A DNA stretch of 63,899 nucleotides, the filler included, from Ministeria vibrans ATCC 50519 (Eukaryota > Protista > Filasterea): NCBI GenBank assembly GCA_943704425.1. It is 4 parts of 4 records of this genome, joined end to end, with 100 filler letters (N's around TTAATTAATTAA, not from the genome) between each part and the next. Parts side by side here need not be neighbours in the genome. Positions count along the whole stretch, not along the records: positions 31,319 to 62,433 come from CALSCP010001755.1; 3 more parts are not named here. One strand, given 5' to 3'. The translations under genes were made by a program, and so were the position numbers. Of this stretch, positions 38,153 to 50,350 are shown piece after piece (within the stretch, counting starts at the first letter, position 1; every line of letters starts with the position of its first letter). The notes beneath the pieces are model-generated. The model did no database searches. It saw only the letters and a list, made by a program, of their open reading frames with translations, and was not told the DNA's origin.

Positions 38153-38575
38153 ACATTGGGTATGACGCATAATAATAACAATTATTGTATTTTATAACAT
38201 TGTAATATTGAACCCCTGAGTCCTGATCGACGATTGTCGTTAAAACGGGTGTTATTAAAATAATAATAATAATAATAATTATTCATATTTATATTACATT
38301 GCAACGGTTGTGATTATAATTCCCACTTCTTCTTCCGTCAGTGTCGACAGTCGACACTCTTGTGGAGTCCTTGTCTAAGAAGTAAGGTGTCGGGTCCGAC
38401 TCCGTGACTCGTCTGACACTCCGAGTTGATTCTTGTGACTCTTTCCTCAGTGCTCACTCTTGTACGAAGTCGCCTCCGAGTTCTGAGTTCATTCCAAGTC
38501 ACTTGCTCGACTCATCCAAATAAATTTATATATTTTTTGATTATTATTTTTGTGACAATATCCGGTGTGTGCTCC

Positions 38576-40194
38576 ATGGGGAACAGACAGTCAGATCACT
38601 TGGACGAACCTGCCTTGTAAGTTGTGGGTGCAGCCATTTCTACTTGGTCTCATCTTTACGATTGACAGAGTCAACTTCCCGTTTGCAACGCCACCCGCTC
38701 CATTGCTATGGCGCGAGGCAGAGACTGGCGCGGACGGACCATCGCCTCGTTCGGGACACGTAAGCACCTTTCCATCCCTGCAGCTTCCCTGACTGCCGCT
38801 TGTCTTTTCTCTGCGGCGCTCAGGCGTGTGTGTTCTTTGAGCATCGCATGTATGTGTACGGTGGATATCACGCAGACCACGGGTGTTTCCACGAGCTATG
38901 GTCCCTGTCGCTTGTGACAGGCCGGTGGATACATCACCCTGTCAAGTGGGACTGCGAAAGAGAAGGCCGCGCCTCTCCGTCCGTTGTGGTCGTCGGCGAC
39001 AAACTGTACATTTTTGGCGGCAGTGGCGCACGCTTTGGATCCAGCAATCACAACAGCCTGCTGATGATCAATCTGCGCACCTTTGAAGGCGGTGCGGTGA
39101 TCACTAATGGTGCGCCGCCTCGGGAGCGCTACGGTCAGAGCATGGTGGTGGTGTATGAACAGCGAGACGCGTCAGACGACGGCTACACCTTTGACGACGG
39201 CGACCGCCACACTGCGACAAGTCTCTTGCTCCACGGCGGCACCAACGGCATCCAGTTCTTTTTTGACCTGCACGAACTTGACCTGAGTACCATGACGTGG
39301 ACGAAGCTGAAAGCAGTGCGTCCACCCGGCGACATGGACGACCACCATCCGCCCGCATCCTACCGACACGAGAGCTTTTTCTGGCGCGGACGATTATATG
39401 TGCTCGGTGGTGGCGCACCCGAGCCTAACCACATCATGGACTCAATGCTGATGGATCACATGTACGTGTGGGATCCACACACCTCTCAATGGTCCACTAT
39501 CGATCTACTTCCGGGAACACCGCCAGATCACGCACAAGACGCAGAAGGAGGTGCAGCAGTAGACTCAGACGAGGAATTTGAAGATGTAGATGAAGATAGC
39601 GAAGCAGCGGCGCGTGCTGCGTATGAGTTTCCAGCTCAGCGTCGTGCCTTTGTGAGCGTGGTGTCGGGGGACCGTTTGTATATTCATGGGGGAGTCAACC
39701 AGTCCACTGTGCTCGGTGACTTATGGTAATGTGTATGTGTGCGTCTCTCTATCTCTCTATTTATCTATCTCTTTATCTCTCTCTCTCTTTTTCTCTTTCA
39801 CCCCCCTTCCATCTTTACAAATCACACTCATTTATCTCAAACTCACTGACACTCTTATACAAATACTCTGACTGTGTGTCGGTTTTTCAGGTGTCTTGAT
39901 CTGATTGAGCAGCAGTGGACGCGCATAGTGCCTAAAGGCGCATTTCCAACGAGTCGTTTCTTCCACTGTGGCTGCATCAGCCCATCGGATGGGGCCCTTG
40001 TGCTTTTTGGCGGTTCACTTTTCCGTCCACTGGACCCTCTGGCCAGAGCACAGCGCGTCAATGATTCACATGTGGTCTTCCTGCGTGTTCCATCGCTGCT
40101 CACTCTCGCAGCAGACGCACTTGCGCGCCATTTCCCCCTGAGCCAGATTAGAGAAGTTCCTTTGCCGCACTCGCTCCATCGCCTCTTTCACTGA
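38576..40194 (+). CDS. Kelch domain protein, KLHDC10/KLHDC3-like, with C-terminal BC-box-like motif
   Basis: PSPRSGH, MYVYGGY, LYIFGGSG..FG, PPRERYGQS, LHGGTNG, YRHES, RFFHCGCI, VPSLLTLAADAL; N-terminal MG. Confidence 0.75.
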
Positions 40195-40261
40195 GCCTCA
40201 TTCCTCAGAAAGCAAAAGTAAAATAACAAATGTGCATTGTGTAGAATCGATTGAATGGGTG

Positions 40262-41189
40262 TCATGTGCTGTTGGTGGTAGCATATCGTGATTGCATCTC
40301 GGGAAGTATGAGAGACAAGCCACGTAAAATGCTCTCTCGGTCGTGCGCTGAACATTCCTACAAGCAAACAAGGAAACACAAACAATTTGATCGAGTGATG
40401 CAAAATATGAAATGCATTTGTGCGTGAGTGTGTGCGGAAGCGTACATGAATGTGCCATTTGCGGTCTGTGATGGAAGTGAGGTGGAGACGAACTGTGAGT
40501 TCTGCCCGACTCACTGGCTCGCTTTGCAATGGCTCTTTAGCGCTCGTGTTTGCAAGTATCAGCAGCGAGAGTCCTTTAAGACGTGTGTTCTAGAAGTGAC
40601 ACTATTGAGATGGGGGCTGAAAATTCAGTTGGTAATACTGTCAAGAGTTTTGCGAGTTCGTCGCAGTCGACAGAATGCGATGCGGCATATGCATCCACAA
40701 CAAAGACTATAGCGTCGTTTTGATCGGTAAAGTACTGCGGCCAGTAGGGTCGAATCTTGTCGGAGCCTCCGATTTCTTTCACTTGGAGCGTGGCCGTCGT
40801 GCCAAGCGACACAGTGTGCATGTGAAATCCCGTTGTTGGTGCGATCACTTCGTTTGCCATCTACAAGGGCATGAGAAAGCAAAATGCGACAAGCTGAAGG
40901 TTCACGAGTCTCACATCTACGGGAGCACTCGCAGCTCGCATGAGAGTTGACTTGCCAGCGCCCGAAACGCCGAGACAGAGAACGTCAAAGAGAGGAATCT
41001 GAAACAATGGCCGTTAATAATTATGTTTGACACTGAGTGACAAATGTGTTGTGTATATACGTCTGCTGGGATGCGACAGGGGCAGCATATTCTTCTGAGG
41101 CCCGAATAGACAAGCACGAGGCAGACATTGAGACAGATGAAGCAGTTGGAGCACTGACGAAAGGTGTTTAGTTGATGGGAGTTGATCAT
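40262..41189 (-). CDS. ARL15: ARL15-like small GTPase, multi-exon
   Basis: RICCPC N-terminus, FDVLCLGVSGAGKSTL, APTTGF, VKEIGGSDKIRPYWPQYF (ARL15 VKELGGADNIRKYWSRYY), RKWHIHECSA; G4 box degenerate (ANTSA). Confidence 0.8.
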
Positions 41190-41206
41190 TACGATGACGT
41201 ACCATT

Positions 41207-42369
41207 TTATGGAGTACTCCTCCGTCTGGATTTGAGTCCGGAGGCGACGTCATAAGAAGCAATTACGAGCAAGATATACAAAGGAGAGAATACGAAGGTG
41301 ACAAATGAAACAAATAAAAAATTGAAGTTACAAAAATAATTTTTCATTAATAAGCGGCGGTATGAGGAGCCGTTTTGAATACAACAAGACCCGAGAGAAC
41401 TACACCAATAGACAGGAGATACAACCATGAAAACTAAAAAAAAACAGAAGATTAAAATTAATAATATAATTATAATAATACACAATCTAGTTTTACGCTA
41501 TAACCGAATATGAAGACTCCGGCGAGAAGAGAGTAAATGTCGGCAGTGAGAAGCGACAGGTTCAAAAGAGTAGCGCCACCACGTTCAAGAAGGAACGGAA
41601 CAACAGAGTACATCAGGAAGAGCATCGAAGAGAAACCGACGACGAGCAGAACTAATTAGGGTTAGGGTAAGGGTTACATGTTTTGGCTTTCTCTCAGTCT
41701 CTCTCTCTTACTAGACTGCCATGACCAAATGACTTGTGCAAGTGATGCGTATTCTAAGGCGTACATCTGGACAACACTGATTGCGGTGCCAAAAAGCCCA
41801 ATCATTGCGAGAAACTCAATGCGCGAGCGGGTTTTGATAAAGTACTCTTGAGCAACGTTGCTAGTGGCGTAGAGGGCCGCACCGGCGAGACAGAGCATGT
41901 CGCCAATGGCCACGCGCGATGATGACGATCCACCCACCACATTCACATTGTTGTTGCTGTTATCGTGGAGATCGGCAATGACAAAGACAACAAAGCCAGT
42001 GAGACACACGAGAATGCCAAAGAGGTGACGACGCGAGTAGCGCACTCTCAGGAAGAAGTAGGAGAGAAGAGCCACCCAAATAACAGTAGTGCCGTCAAGC
42101 AGCTGGATCGATGTGATGCTGGTGTACTGGTAGGCGAGCACGACAAGGTAGTTTGCCTCGACGTCGCACAGCGCCACAAGCAGGTACTTCCACCACGCTT
42201 CCCTGAGGCGCTCCGTGATGCAGTCTGCACCGCGCTTGTAGCTGAAATCAACAACAGTGGAGCTGGCTACGGACGAGTGCGGCTCCGGCAGCACCAGTCG
42301 GCGTGTGTCAGCGTCATCGTCGTGCAAGGGCGGTCGTATCCTGCCGCTGGCCTCATCCGCCGACAGCGC

Positions 42370-42400
<31 letters not shown>

Positions 42401-42777
42401 GGATTGCTGTGAATAGGCACGGATGCAGTTGGTAAGGGTGAGAACCGGCGGGTGTCGGCGATGTAGACGGATGAGGAGGCAATGGCGATCCAGGCAGGCG
42501 CGTAGATGCAAACGAGCGATGCATAGTTGAGAAAGGACTGCGCGACAGGCTCGTCAAAGGCGTAGCGACTCGACAAGAGCTGCGACGTGATCCCCATGCC
42601 AGTGAGGAGCAGCGAGATAAGCTGGCCAAGCGCCAAGTCGGCCCACCAGCGCAGCGTTTTCATTTGCGCAATCAACGAGCGACGCGGCAAGGACGCAATT
42701 GCATGGTGGTCGGCATGGTCGACCCCGCACCCCTCCACTTCCACCACATTCTCCAAGGAGCCACCAAGGGACTCCAT
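41207..42777 (-). CDS. SLC35F1/F2-like (DUF914) DMT transporter, multi-exon
   Basis: LALGQLISLLLTG, PVAQSFLNY, WWKYLLVALCDVEANYLVVLAYQYTSITSIQLLD, GDMLCLAGAALYATSNVAQEY, ATLLNLSLLTADIY. Confidence 0.9.
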
Positions 42778-42932
42778 TTTCAGAAGAATGGGACACTATC
42801 TAACGAATTAGGACTCCTAGGATGAATAAAAAAATTACTAATTCTCACAATCCTCACATTTGACATTCCATTATGAAATTATTGTCAAATTGAATAATTT
42901 ATTTTGCAATTTGAATTTTGCTTTTGCGAAAT

Positions 42933-44279
42933 ATGTCATCACCATCTAGAGTCATATCTCGATCGTCTACATTTGGCGGCTGTGAGAACAGAGGACCCAC
43001 TCGCCAACGTGTTGACTCAAACATAAACATTCAACGAAACATTTCAAATTCCAAATCGTTTCGATTTCAATCTCGGAGCACAGCACACGATGCAAGCGCA
43101 CCCACTGCATCACCATCATCATCGTCGTCGCTATCGTCGTCGTTGCATGTCCCCTCTGCAAGTGAGCGACTTGCCACTGCCGTTGCTCATTCGATCAACT
43201 GTGGTTCAAACACTCCGTCTCCCAGCGACCCCGCCCACGCGCCGTCACGGCCCTCCCAGAGTGTATCGACGCCGTTGGTGGGCGAGCACAAAGAGTACAG
43301 CAGGTGAGCAAGTAAAGCAGTGGCTCTCTTCTGCTTGTAATTCGCATTGTACATACCATTAGAATAACAATCATTGTTCTACTTACTCTGTAGGCTTTTG
43401 AGTGAGATTGACATTCTCGAGGAAGCACTTGAGACAGAGCGACAAAAAGCAGCGTGGACAGCGGCTCAACTTGGGGAGGCACGTGCAAGCAAGCAACAAG
43501 AGACGGACCGACACGATGAGGTTGAGGCGCGTCAGGAGCAGCTGCGTGCGCTTATGCTCGCTCAACATCGCACGCACAACGTTTCGCCCTTTCCACGTCG
43601 ACGCACCCGAGCCGACGAGCGATTCTGGTCGGAAATGGCAACAGAGAAAGTCCTAGCGGTGCCTCGACACGAGCCCACTATCAGTGCCCGACCATCGTCA
43701 GATAGCTCTGAAGTGACACAGCTGCGACAGCGTCTCAAGGAGACCGAGCACACTCTGCGCCAAAAGACGGCTCATTGCGTGCGACTCGAAGACGAAAACA
43801 AGCGACTTAGTGCACAGCTCGCAACGGTCCGCAAATGGGAACGAGAGGCAGACAAGCACGAACGTGAGTTGATGGGCGCAGTGCAGCGCATTCACTATCT
43901 CATGCACAAGAACAGTGAGACGGAAGAGACTCTGACGCGCGAACGAGAGTACTCGCACAAGTTAGAGCGACGTCTCATTGAGCTGGACGATCACCTTAAA
44001 AGCACAACACGAAAACACTCGCACAAAGTGGACCCACTCACAAGCCACACAAATTCAGTCACAGATTCCACTCAGCCACTCACAAGTCGCTCAGACTCAC
44101 TCACAGATGCCACTCAGTCACAATTAACTCACTCCCACTTTCTCACCCACTCTGTGTGTGACTCTGACTTACCAGCAACTCACGCTCATACTCCCACGCG
44201 CCACGCTCTCTCACTCTCTTCCAATTCTTTTCAATCCCAAGTTAATCATCTCACTTCAAATGTTTATTCCACCAAATGA
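42933..44279 (+). CDS. Coiled-coil protein of unknown function, 2 exons
   Basis: Ser-rich N-terminus; heptad-rich E/R/K/L segments in ORF 43374-44279; one GT-AG intron at about 43304-43392. Confidence 0.6.
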
Positions 44280-44472
44280 ATAATTTACTTTGTTACGTCT
44301 TGGTCATTTTTTCACTCGTACAATAAAATTTTAATAAAAGATGAGACAAGAAACCATTCTTATAATTTCTCTCTAAAACTCTCACTTCACACGAACACCC
44401 AAAAAAAACACGAAACATTGATGACGTAATAACATTCTCTCTCGCTCTCTCCACTCTTAGTTTGTGTAGTAC

Positions 44473-46821
44473 TTAGAAATCATTTAAACGTCTCCGTTTC
44501 AAGTGGGGCTCACTGTCATCATCATCGGTTGCATCACTCTCATACTCAGCGTCGCCGTTAGCTAGAAACCTGGAGTCGTCGGCAGCATCGTCGTGTGTTG
44601 TGGGTGTGCTGTTGCGACGGAGGAGCACACGACGACGGCGTCCTGCTGCAGCAGCCGGGCCAGAATAGTCGTCGTCGTGTGCTGCGCCCGAGGCTGTACC
44701 CACCGATGATGATGATGTTGTTGTTGTGTCGTTCTTGCTCAGGAGGCGTGTTGTTGTCGTGGCAGTGTGTTCACTATTGCGTTGTCCTCCGTGCCCAACC
44801 ACCCATGAGAAGTCAAGAGCTCGCAGACGCTCCTCGCGTGTTGCGTCCAAACGGCCTGCCCGCTGCAGCTGCCGCTGTGTCGACACCCACCGCCCCAAAT
44901 GTTTGTTCTCCTGCCACGCATAAGGAACACTGCACGAGTCAAAGCGTCGCTTGTACTCGACGAGCTCGTCAAATCGTTGCTCCCACAGGAGAGCAACGTG
45001 CGTGCGCATGCGCCAGCGAAAACCAACGCCCTCCAGCAGGTCAATGCGGCTCTGACGCAGCTTGTTGAACTTGTAGAGAACGCGCTGGCTGTGCACCCAC
45101 TCGCCAAGTCGCTTGTTCTCAACGTGGCGGTGGGGAACGTTGGCGTGGCCGTGCTCTGCGACAAACTCCTTGAGTTCGCTGAAGCGCTGTTCCCACAGGG
45201 CGTCCTTGCTGACACAGCCGATGTTGTTGTTGCTCTTGGTTAGGAGTTGCACAGCGGCGCTTGATGTAGATGATGGTGACGATGGAGAGGGAATCGGAAG
45301 TGCTGCTTGAGATTGTTGTGTGGTTGTGTTGGTAGTGCTGTGAGGGGTGGTGTCGTCGTTGCCGCTGATGAGGGAGCGGGGGCGTTCATGATGCAATATG
45401 AGAGACGGTGAAGGATGTAAAGAGTTTGAGAGAGTGCTTTTGTTGCTATTAGTGGTGTTGGTGGGGTGAGCGCTTGCTGTTGCTGATGCCCCGGAGGTAC
45501 GATCAAATGCTGTTGCTGAGGGTGTGACGGAGGGAAGATCACTGATGGAGGTGGTGACGGGGAGAAGTGATGAGGAAGAGGAGGCCGCAAGGGCCGACTG
45601 AAAAGTAGTCGTTGGCCCACTGTGCGCTGTAGTGGAGGTCGTCGTCACCGTTGTGGGAGCAAACAAGGCCGACATTTGTTGTTGTTGTTGTTGTTGTTGT
45701 TGTTTTTGTTGTTGTTGTTGAGAGGTTGACTGTGACCAGGATGATTGTGGATGATGAGACTGAGAATAAAAGGATGATGGTTGGCGGAGAGGTGCGTATT
45801 GCGGTGGGCTGTGTTCAAGTATGGGTTGTTTTGGGTCGAAAGAAAAAGATGGCTGCAAGTGCGACAGGGATGGGTGGATCTCAAAGGACTGGTAAGGGCT
45901 GGGACGGAATGATTGCTGTGGCTGCTGGTGCTGTTGGGATTGGGGTTGGTGGGGGAGATATTCGGAGCCGTCGTAGAGGCTTGGAAGCGAAGCAGTGCTC
46001 ATATTGGCGGTGCTGTTGGTGAAGGCAAGCGACGAGAGGGAGAGGCGTTGCAGTTGGGTGTGGCGGTGCGACTGCGGTGGAAATGCGGTGGAACCTTCAT
46101 CGCTGCAGGAGTGCGAGTGTTTAATATTTGGGTGCGCTGTTGAGGTGGAGAGCGCGGGGGCGCTCGCCGAAGCAACAAGAGGCCAGTGGTCTGTGGGAGA
46201 GCTTAATGGCTGACGGGATGGCTGGAGGGGATGCGACGCGTTTGGGAGATAGCGAGCGTCGTTTTGTGGGGAGGATAATTGTGGGGGAGACGAGAGCGAC
46301 GTGGTATCGCGCGTTTGGCCTTGGTATAGCGATGCAAGCGATGTCATGGACGAGGCAGGAGCCTGTGAGGGTGCGCCGTTGAGGAATGACGATGCGTTCG
46401 CTTGTGTTGAAAAAAAAAGAGACTGTGAAAGAGAGCTTTGGTCGCGCACGTTGCGGCTTCCCGTGCCGGCAGCGGGGGGAGGGTGGGCACTAGAGGCCAG
46501 GGGTTGGGCGAGTGAGGCATGCAGAGGGCCGGAAAGGGGCGTTTGGGGGGCTTCCACACCGGGGCGCGGTTGAAACGTGCCAGATCCGTGCGACAGCCAG
46601 GCCAAATCGTCGCGGCTGTGGCTGCCGTACAAGGGGTGGTGTGTGTTGGGCGAGGAGTACGCGTGCGTAGTCGACGAAAAGGGATAGGTTGGATCTGCAC
46701 CGCTAACATTCCTTTCGCCCCCAACCCACTTGTCGCCCTGCAGCGCACCCAGCGCCACCCCAGCGACATACGACGGCGCGGCTCCATTCGCAAGGGCGCC
46801 AGAGAGGGTCGTGTCCGCCAT
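44473..46821 (-). CDS. Low-complexity protein with two helicase-associated (HA) domains, probable DNA-binding regulator
   Basis: WEQRFSELKEFVAEHGHANVP..LGEWVHSQR..RIDLLEGVGFRW and WEQRFDELVEYKRRFDSCSVP..LGRWVSTQR..REERLRALDFSW; polyQ and S/T/P-rich N-terminus. Confidence 0.85.
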   Translation of the reverse strand: MADTTLSGALANGAAPSYVAGVALGALQGDKWVGGERNVSGADPTYPFSSTTHAYSSPNTHHPLYGSHSRDDLAWLSHGSGTFQPRPGVEAPQTPLSGPLHASLAQPLASSAHPPPAAGTGSRNVRDQSSLSQSLFFSTQANASSFLNGAPSQAPASSMTSLASLYQGQTRDTTSLSSPPQLSSPQNDARYLPNASHPLQPSRQPLSSPTDHWPLVASASAPALSTSTAHPNIKHSHSCSDEGSTAFPPQSHRHTQLQRLSLSSLAFTNSTANMSTASLPSLYDGSEYLPHQPQSQQHQQPQQSFRPSPYQSFEIHPSLSHLQPSFSFDPKQPILEHSPPQYAPLRQPSSFYSQSHHPQSSWSQSTSQQQQQKQQQQQQQQQMSALFAPTTVTTTSTTAHSGPTTTFQSALAASSSSSLLPVTTSISDLPSVTPSATAFDRTSGASATASAHPTNTTNSNKSTLSNSLHPSPSLILHHERPRSLISGNDDTTPHSTTNTTTQQSQAALPIPSPSSPSSTSSAAVQLLTKSNNNIGCVSKDALWEQRFSELKEFVAEHGHANVPHRHVENKRLGEWVHSQRVLYKFNKLRQSRIDLLEGVGFRWRMRTHVALLWEQRFDELVEYKRRFDSCSVPYAWQENKHLGRWVSTQRQLQRAGRLDATREERLRALDFSWVVGHGGQRNSEHTATTTTRLLSKNDTTTTSSSSVGTASGAAHDDDYSGPAAAAGRRRRVLLRRNSTPTTHDDAADDSRFLANGDAEYESDATDDDDSEPHLKRRRLNDF

Positions 46822-47513
46822 GCTTTTCGAGGCGCTTGTCCTTTTATCTGATCGCTTATGAGGCGAAGAAAAAGATTAACAGAGTGTTTGCGCTGTGGCG
46901 ATAGCCGAATGATCACAAAGACAGCAACCTGGCCGCTTCTCTCGGCGTGACTGCCACCCTTACAGTAGCTGGCGAGGGTAGAGGAGAGCGCGAGGGCGAC
47001 CTGGGCGCAAAGCAGGGAGGGAGTGTCCCCCGCCGAGAGTGGTGCAACCACAAAGGTGAGTCAACGTGGGGGATTTTTATGATCCTTATCGCTACTATTT
47101 TAATTTTTTTTTTCGTTTTGTTATCTGCACCGCAGTAAAACGCAAAGAGATGGTCCAACGCAGAGTTCAGCCTTCAAATACAGCAGAAATGCTTATTGCG
47201 TGCTAGTGGTGGCGCGCCTTGCGCATTATCGATAGGTTCTCGCGAAATTCGGGTGAACATTGAGACGTTCCCAAATGCGATCAAGACCGAAATGAGAGAT
47301 CTTTCAACTTTCACTTTTCCCGACGGTCTCCCCCCCCCCCCCCCCCCCCAAATAGTAACCAAATAGTAAATACAACACACACTCTTGCAGTTTGCACGAC
47401 CCCCCATCGGCAGCTACACCCAACAAAGAAGTGCCTTTGGCCCTTACTTTTCCCTGAAACGATTTTGCTAAATTTCCTCAAATTGTACTGACGAAAAGAA
47501 AAGAAAAAAGTGT

Positions 47514-48361
47514 TTACAAGCCCTTGGCACTGCGGACCTGCTCGTTGACAATCTTGTCGTTGATCTCGTTGGCCTTGGCGGCACGTGCCATGTCCACAGA
47601 GCCCGTCAGGTCGGACGCTTTGCCCACCTCAGCACCCTTGAACTACGCAGAGAAGCACAGACGCTCAGCCATCAACCCACCAATCCCCCTGCTGCCCCAT
47701 CCATTGTGCAAACGACGCCGCAGCGCAGCAAACCCAATGGCTTGTCAAACAAAAAAACCCCCAAAATATGACAAATGTCAACAAAAACAGAATCGCCACT
47801 TTCACGCGAGACGGCGCACCATCGCTTTGTCGCATACTAGTGCCGATCTAGCACACGATGCACAGCAAAAACACACACAGACTGAGAGAATAAAAAGAAA
47901 ACGAAAAAGACAAAAAAAAAAAGAAAAAGGTAAAATATTACTCAGTGGGTCACACTGGCGCAATGGAGGACGCCCACGGTGCACACACACACACAGCGGC
48001 ACCCGCCCACCCACACATACACACGCAGATTGCGCAGTTTTTTTTTTGTTATCGAAAAACACTTTACGTCACGTCAAAAAAAAACAGAGAGAGAGAGAGA
48101 GAGAGAGAGACAAAAAGGGAAAAGAGTAAAAGAGTTTTCATGAGACACACCTGCTCGTTGACTTTCCTCACGTCCGAGGTGAGCTCATTGGCCTTCTTGG
48201 CGCGGTCGAACTCGACGCCTGCGCGAGATGAAGCGAAGAGATGTCAGACAAGTCAGAAGAGAGAAAAAAAAAAAAGAAAAAAGAGAGAGAGACTGTGTGT
48301 GTGTACCGCCAGAGTAGCCGCCGGGCTTGACATCCCACTTCTTTCCCTCGTATCCGGACAT
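47514..48361 (-). CDS. Small 83-aa, 3-exon protein with an internal 37-aa repeat
   Basis: MSGYEGKKWDVKPGGYSG|GVEFDRAKKANELTSDVRKVNEQ|FKGAEVGKASDLTGSVDMARAAKANEINDKIVNEQVRSAKGL*; canonical in-frame splice sites, strong C/G-ending codon bias. Confidence 0.75.
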
Positions 48362-48662
48362 GGTTGATTTCTATTTAGTGACTCGTAAAAAAAATAACTC
48401 AGAATTTCAGATTGATCAATTTCAAATGAGTTGCCAGAAGAGTCCTTCTGAAGTCCCTCTGAGGTGATTGGTAAATTGAGAATGGGCAAATGAGTTTGAA
48501 TTGAGCACCCACCCTTCCAACTTCGACAGCTCGCAACTGACAATGCACAAGCGAGTCGGGTTGTTTTGAAGAACGATCACTCTTTGATCAATGATTTTAA
48601 CTCGATCAATAATTTTAACTCTCTCTTGAATATTTTATACAATGATACAGACACATCAAAAC

Positions 48663-50235
48663 CTAGAGGAGGACACACGCGCTCTTGGGCTTTGGTCTCT
48701 GATCAAGATGCGCCTTGACAGCAGACTCAAACACACCCGTCACCGTATTGGGACCCTTCTCGCTCTCTTTGGCACTGCATTCGGTGTAGAGTGCACAGTC
48801 CAGTTTGGTACTTAGTTGCACACCCTAAGCAGAACGAGAGAGAGAGAGAGAGAGAAAAGAGTGCTTGAGTGTTTGAAAGAGAAAGAAAGAAAGAGACAAA
48901 CAACAAGGAAGAATAATTACAAACTAAGTGATGAGAGACAACAACACAACAAACCACAACACAACAAAACACAACAACACCACGCTTTCTACCTCTTGCT
49001 GTGACACGGGATTGGTGACGGCTGCTCGAAGGTCAGTCTTCAGCCCCACAAGTACCACTGTTGCACCTTTTGCGTGTTTCGAAATCTCTTTCATCCACTG
49101 CATGAAAATATGAAAATAAAAAAACCAAACCTATCGTGATAATTTTTTTGGTTACCTTGTCTTTGACATTTTCCTTTGCAGTCTGTGAATCAACCGAATA
49201 GCACACCAGAACCACATCAGTCCGATTGTATGACATTATTCTAATCATCCGAAAAAATGAGTACATTGAATTGTCTTTCGCAAAGATACGATGACAAGTA
49301 GAGCGACATAGGTACACATTGGCATTTCCATGGTAGACACCTGGATATTCCCTCCAAGGTCTCCAGTAGTGTATAAGCGGTCCAATGAGAAATGAGAACA
49401 AAAAAAAGCGTAACTCATCACACTTGACATTCACTGTCTATCACTTTGTTCCCTCTCTCACTCTATCACCTTGTTCTCTCTCTCACTCTATCACCTTGTT
49501 CTCTCTCACTCTCACACTCTCCATCACTTTGTTCCCTCTCTCTCACTCTCTCTCTATCACTTTGTTCTCTCTCTCACTCTATCACCTTGTTCTCTCTCAC
49601 TCTCACACTCTCTATCACTTTGTTCCCTCTCTCACTCTCTCTCGATCACTTTGTTCCCTCTCTCACTCTCTCTCTATCACTTTGTTCCCTCTCTCACTCT
49701 CTCTCTATCACTTTGTTCCCTCTCTCTCACACATTCTCTATCACTTTGTTCTCTCTCTCACTCTCACACTCTCTATCACTTTGATCCCTCTCTCACTCTC
49801 TCTATCACTTTGTTCTCACTCTCGCACTCTCTATCACTTTGTTCCCTCTCTCACACTCTCTCTCTTTGTCACTGCCTCTCTCGCTCCTCCTGATACCTAA
49901 CACGGTCCATGTCCTCCTGACCAGCTGTATCCCACAGGACGAGCCTCATTCGTTCTCCGCGCACCACCAGATCCTGTCAAAATAGAACAAGAATAATTAG
50001 ATTTTACTCATCCTTTCTCTCGTCGCCCGTACCTTGGCCGAATTCTCAAACACTGTCGGCACATAGTCCTACAAAGCAACGACGCAGAGGGTGTGACACA
50101 GGGGAAGGAAGGCACAGTCGCCTTTTGGGATGAGTTAAGTCGTACGGTCGGAAACTGTCCGCTCTTGAACACGGTCAGGAGACACGTCTTGCCCACCGCC
50201 GGATCACCAACAACCACAATTTTGAGCTGGCTCAT
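48663..50235 (-). CDS. Rho-family small GTPase with CAAX (CVLL), multi-exon
   Basis: KIVVVGDPAVGKTCLL, DYVPTVFEN, LWDTAGQED, VLVGLKTDLR, YTECSAK, KPKSACVLL*. Confidence 0.92.
49436..49872. repeat. Intronic minisatellite of CTATCACTTTGTTCCCTCTCTCACT(CT)n units
   Basis: About 14 degenerate tandem copies visible inside a Rho GTPase intron. Confidence 0.9.
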
Positions 50236-50350
50236 TATGTACTTCGTAGTTAATTTCGATTCAACTGTCACTAAATTTTCTGATTGATCATTAAATTAAT
50301 GGATTAATTTTCATTTTTTTTGATTTGAGTTTGATCTTTCCAACGTTCTT

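Noticed and set aside
49315-49385. Possible extra Rho exon (PLIHYWRPWREYPG)
   Set aside because: Flanking exons already join in frame as DRV-R-IMSY, the conserved switch II sequence; treated as intron
49436-49872. Tandem array as a possible CRISPR or tetO-like (TCTATCA) operator array
   Set aside because: Units are degenerate, spacers are only CT runs, no cas genes, and it lies in a eukaryotic intron
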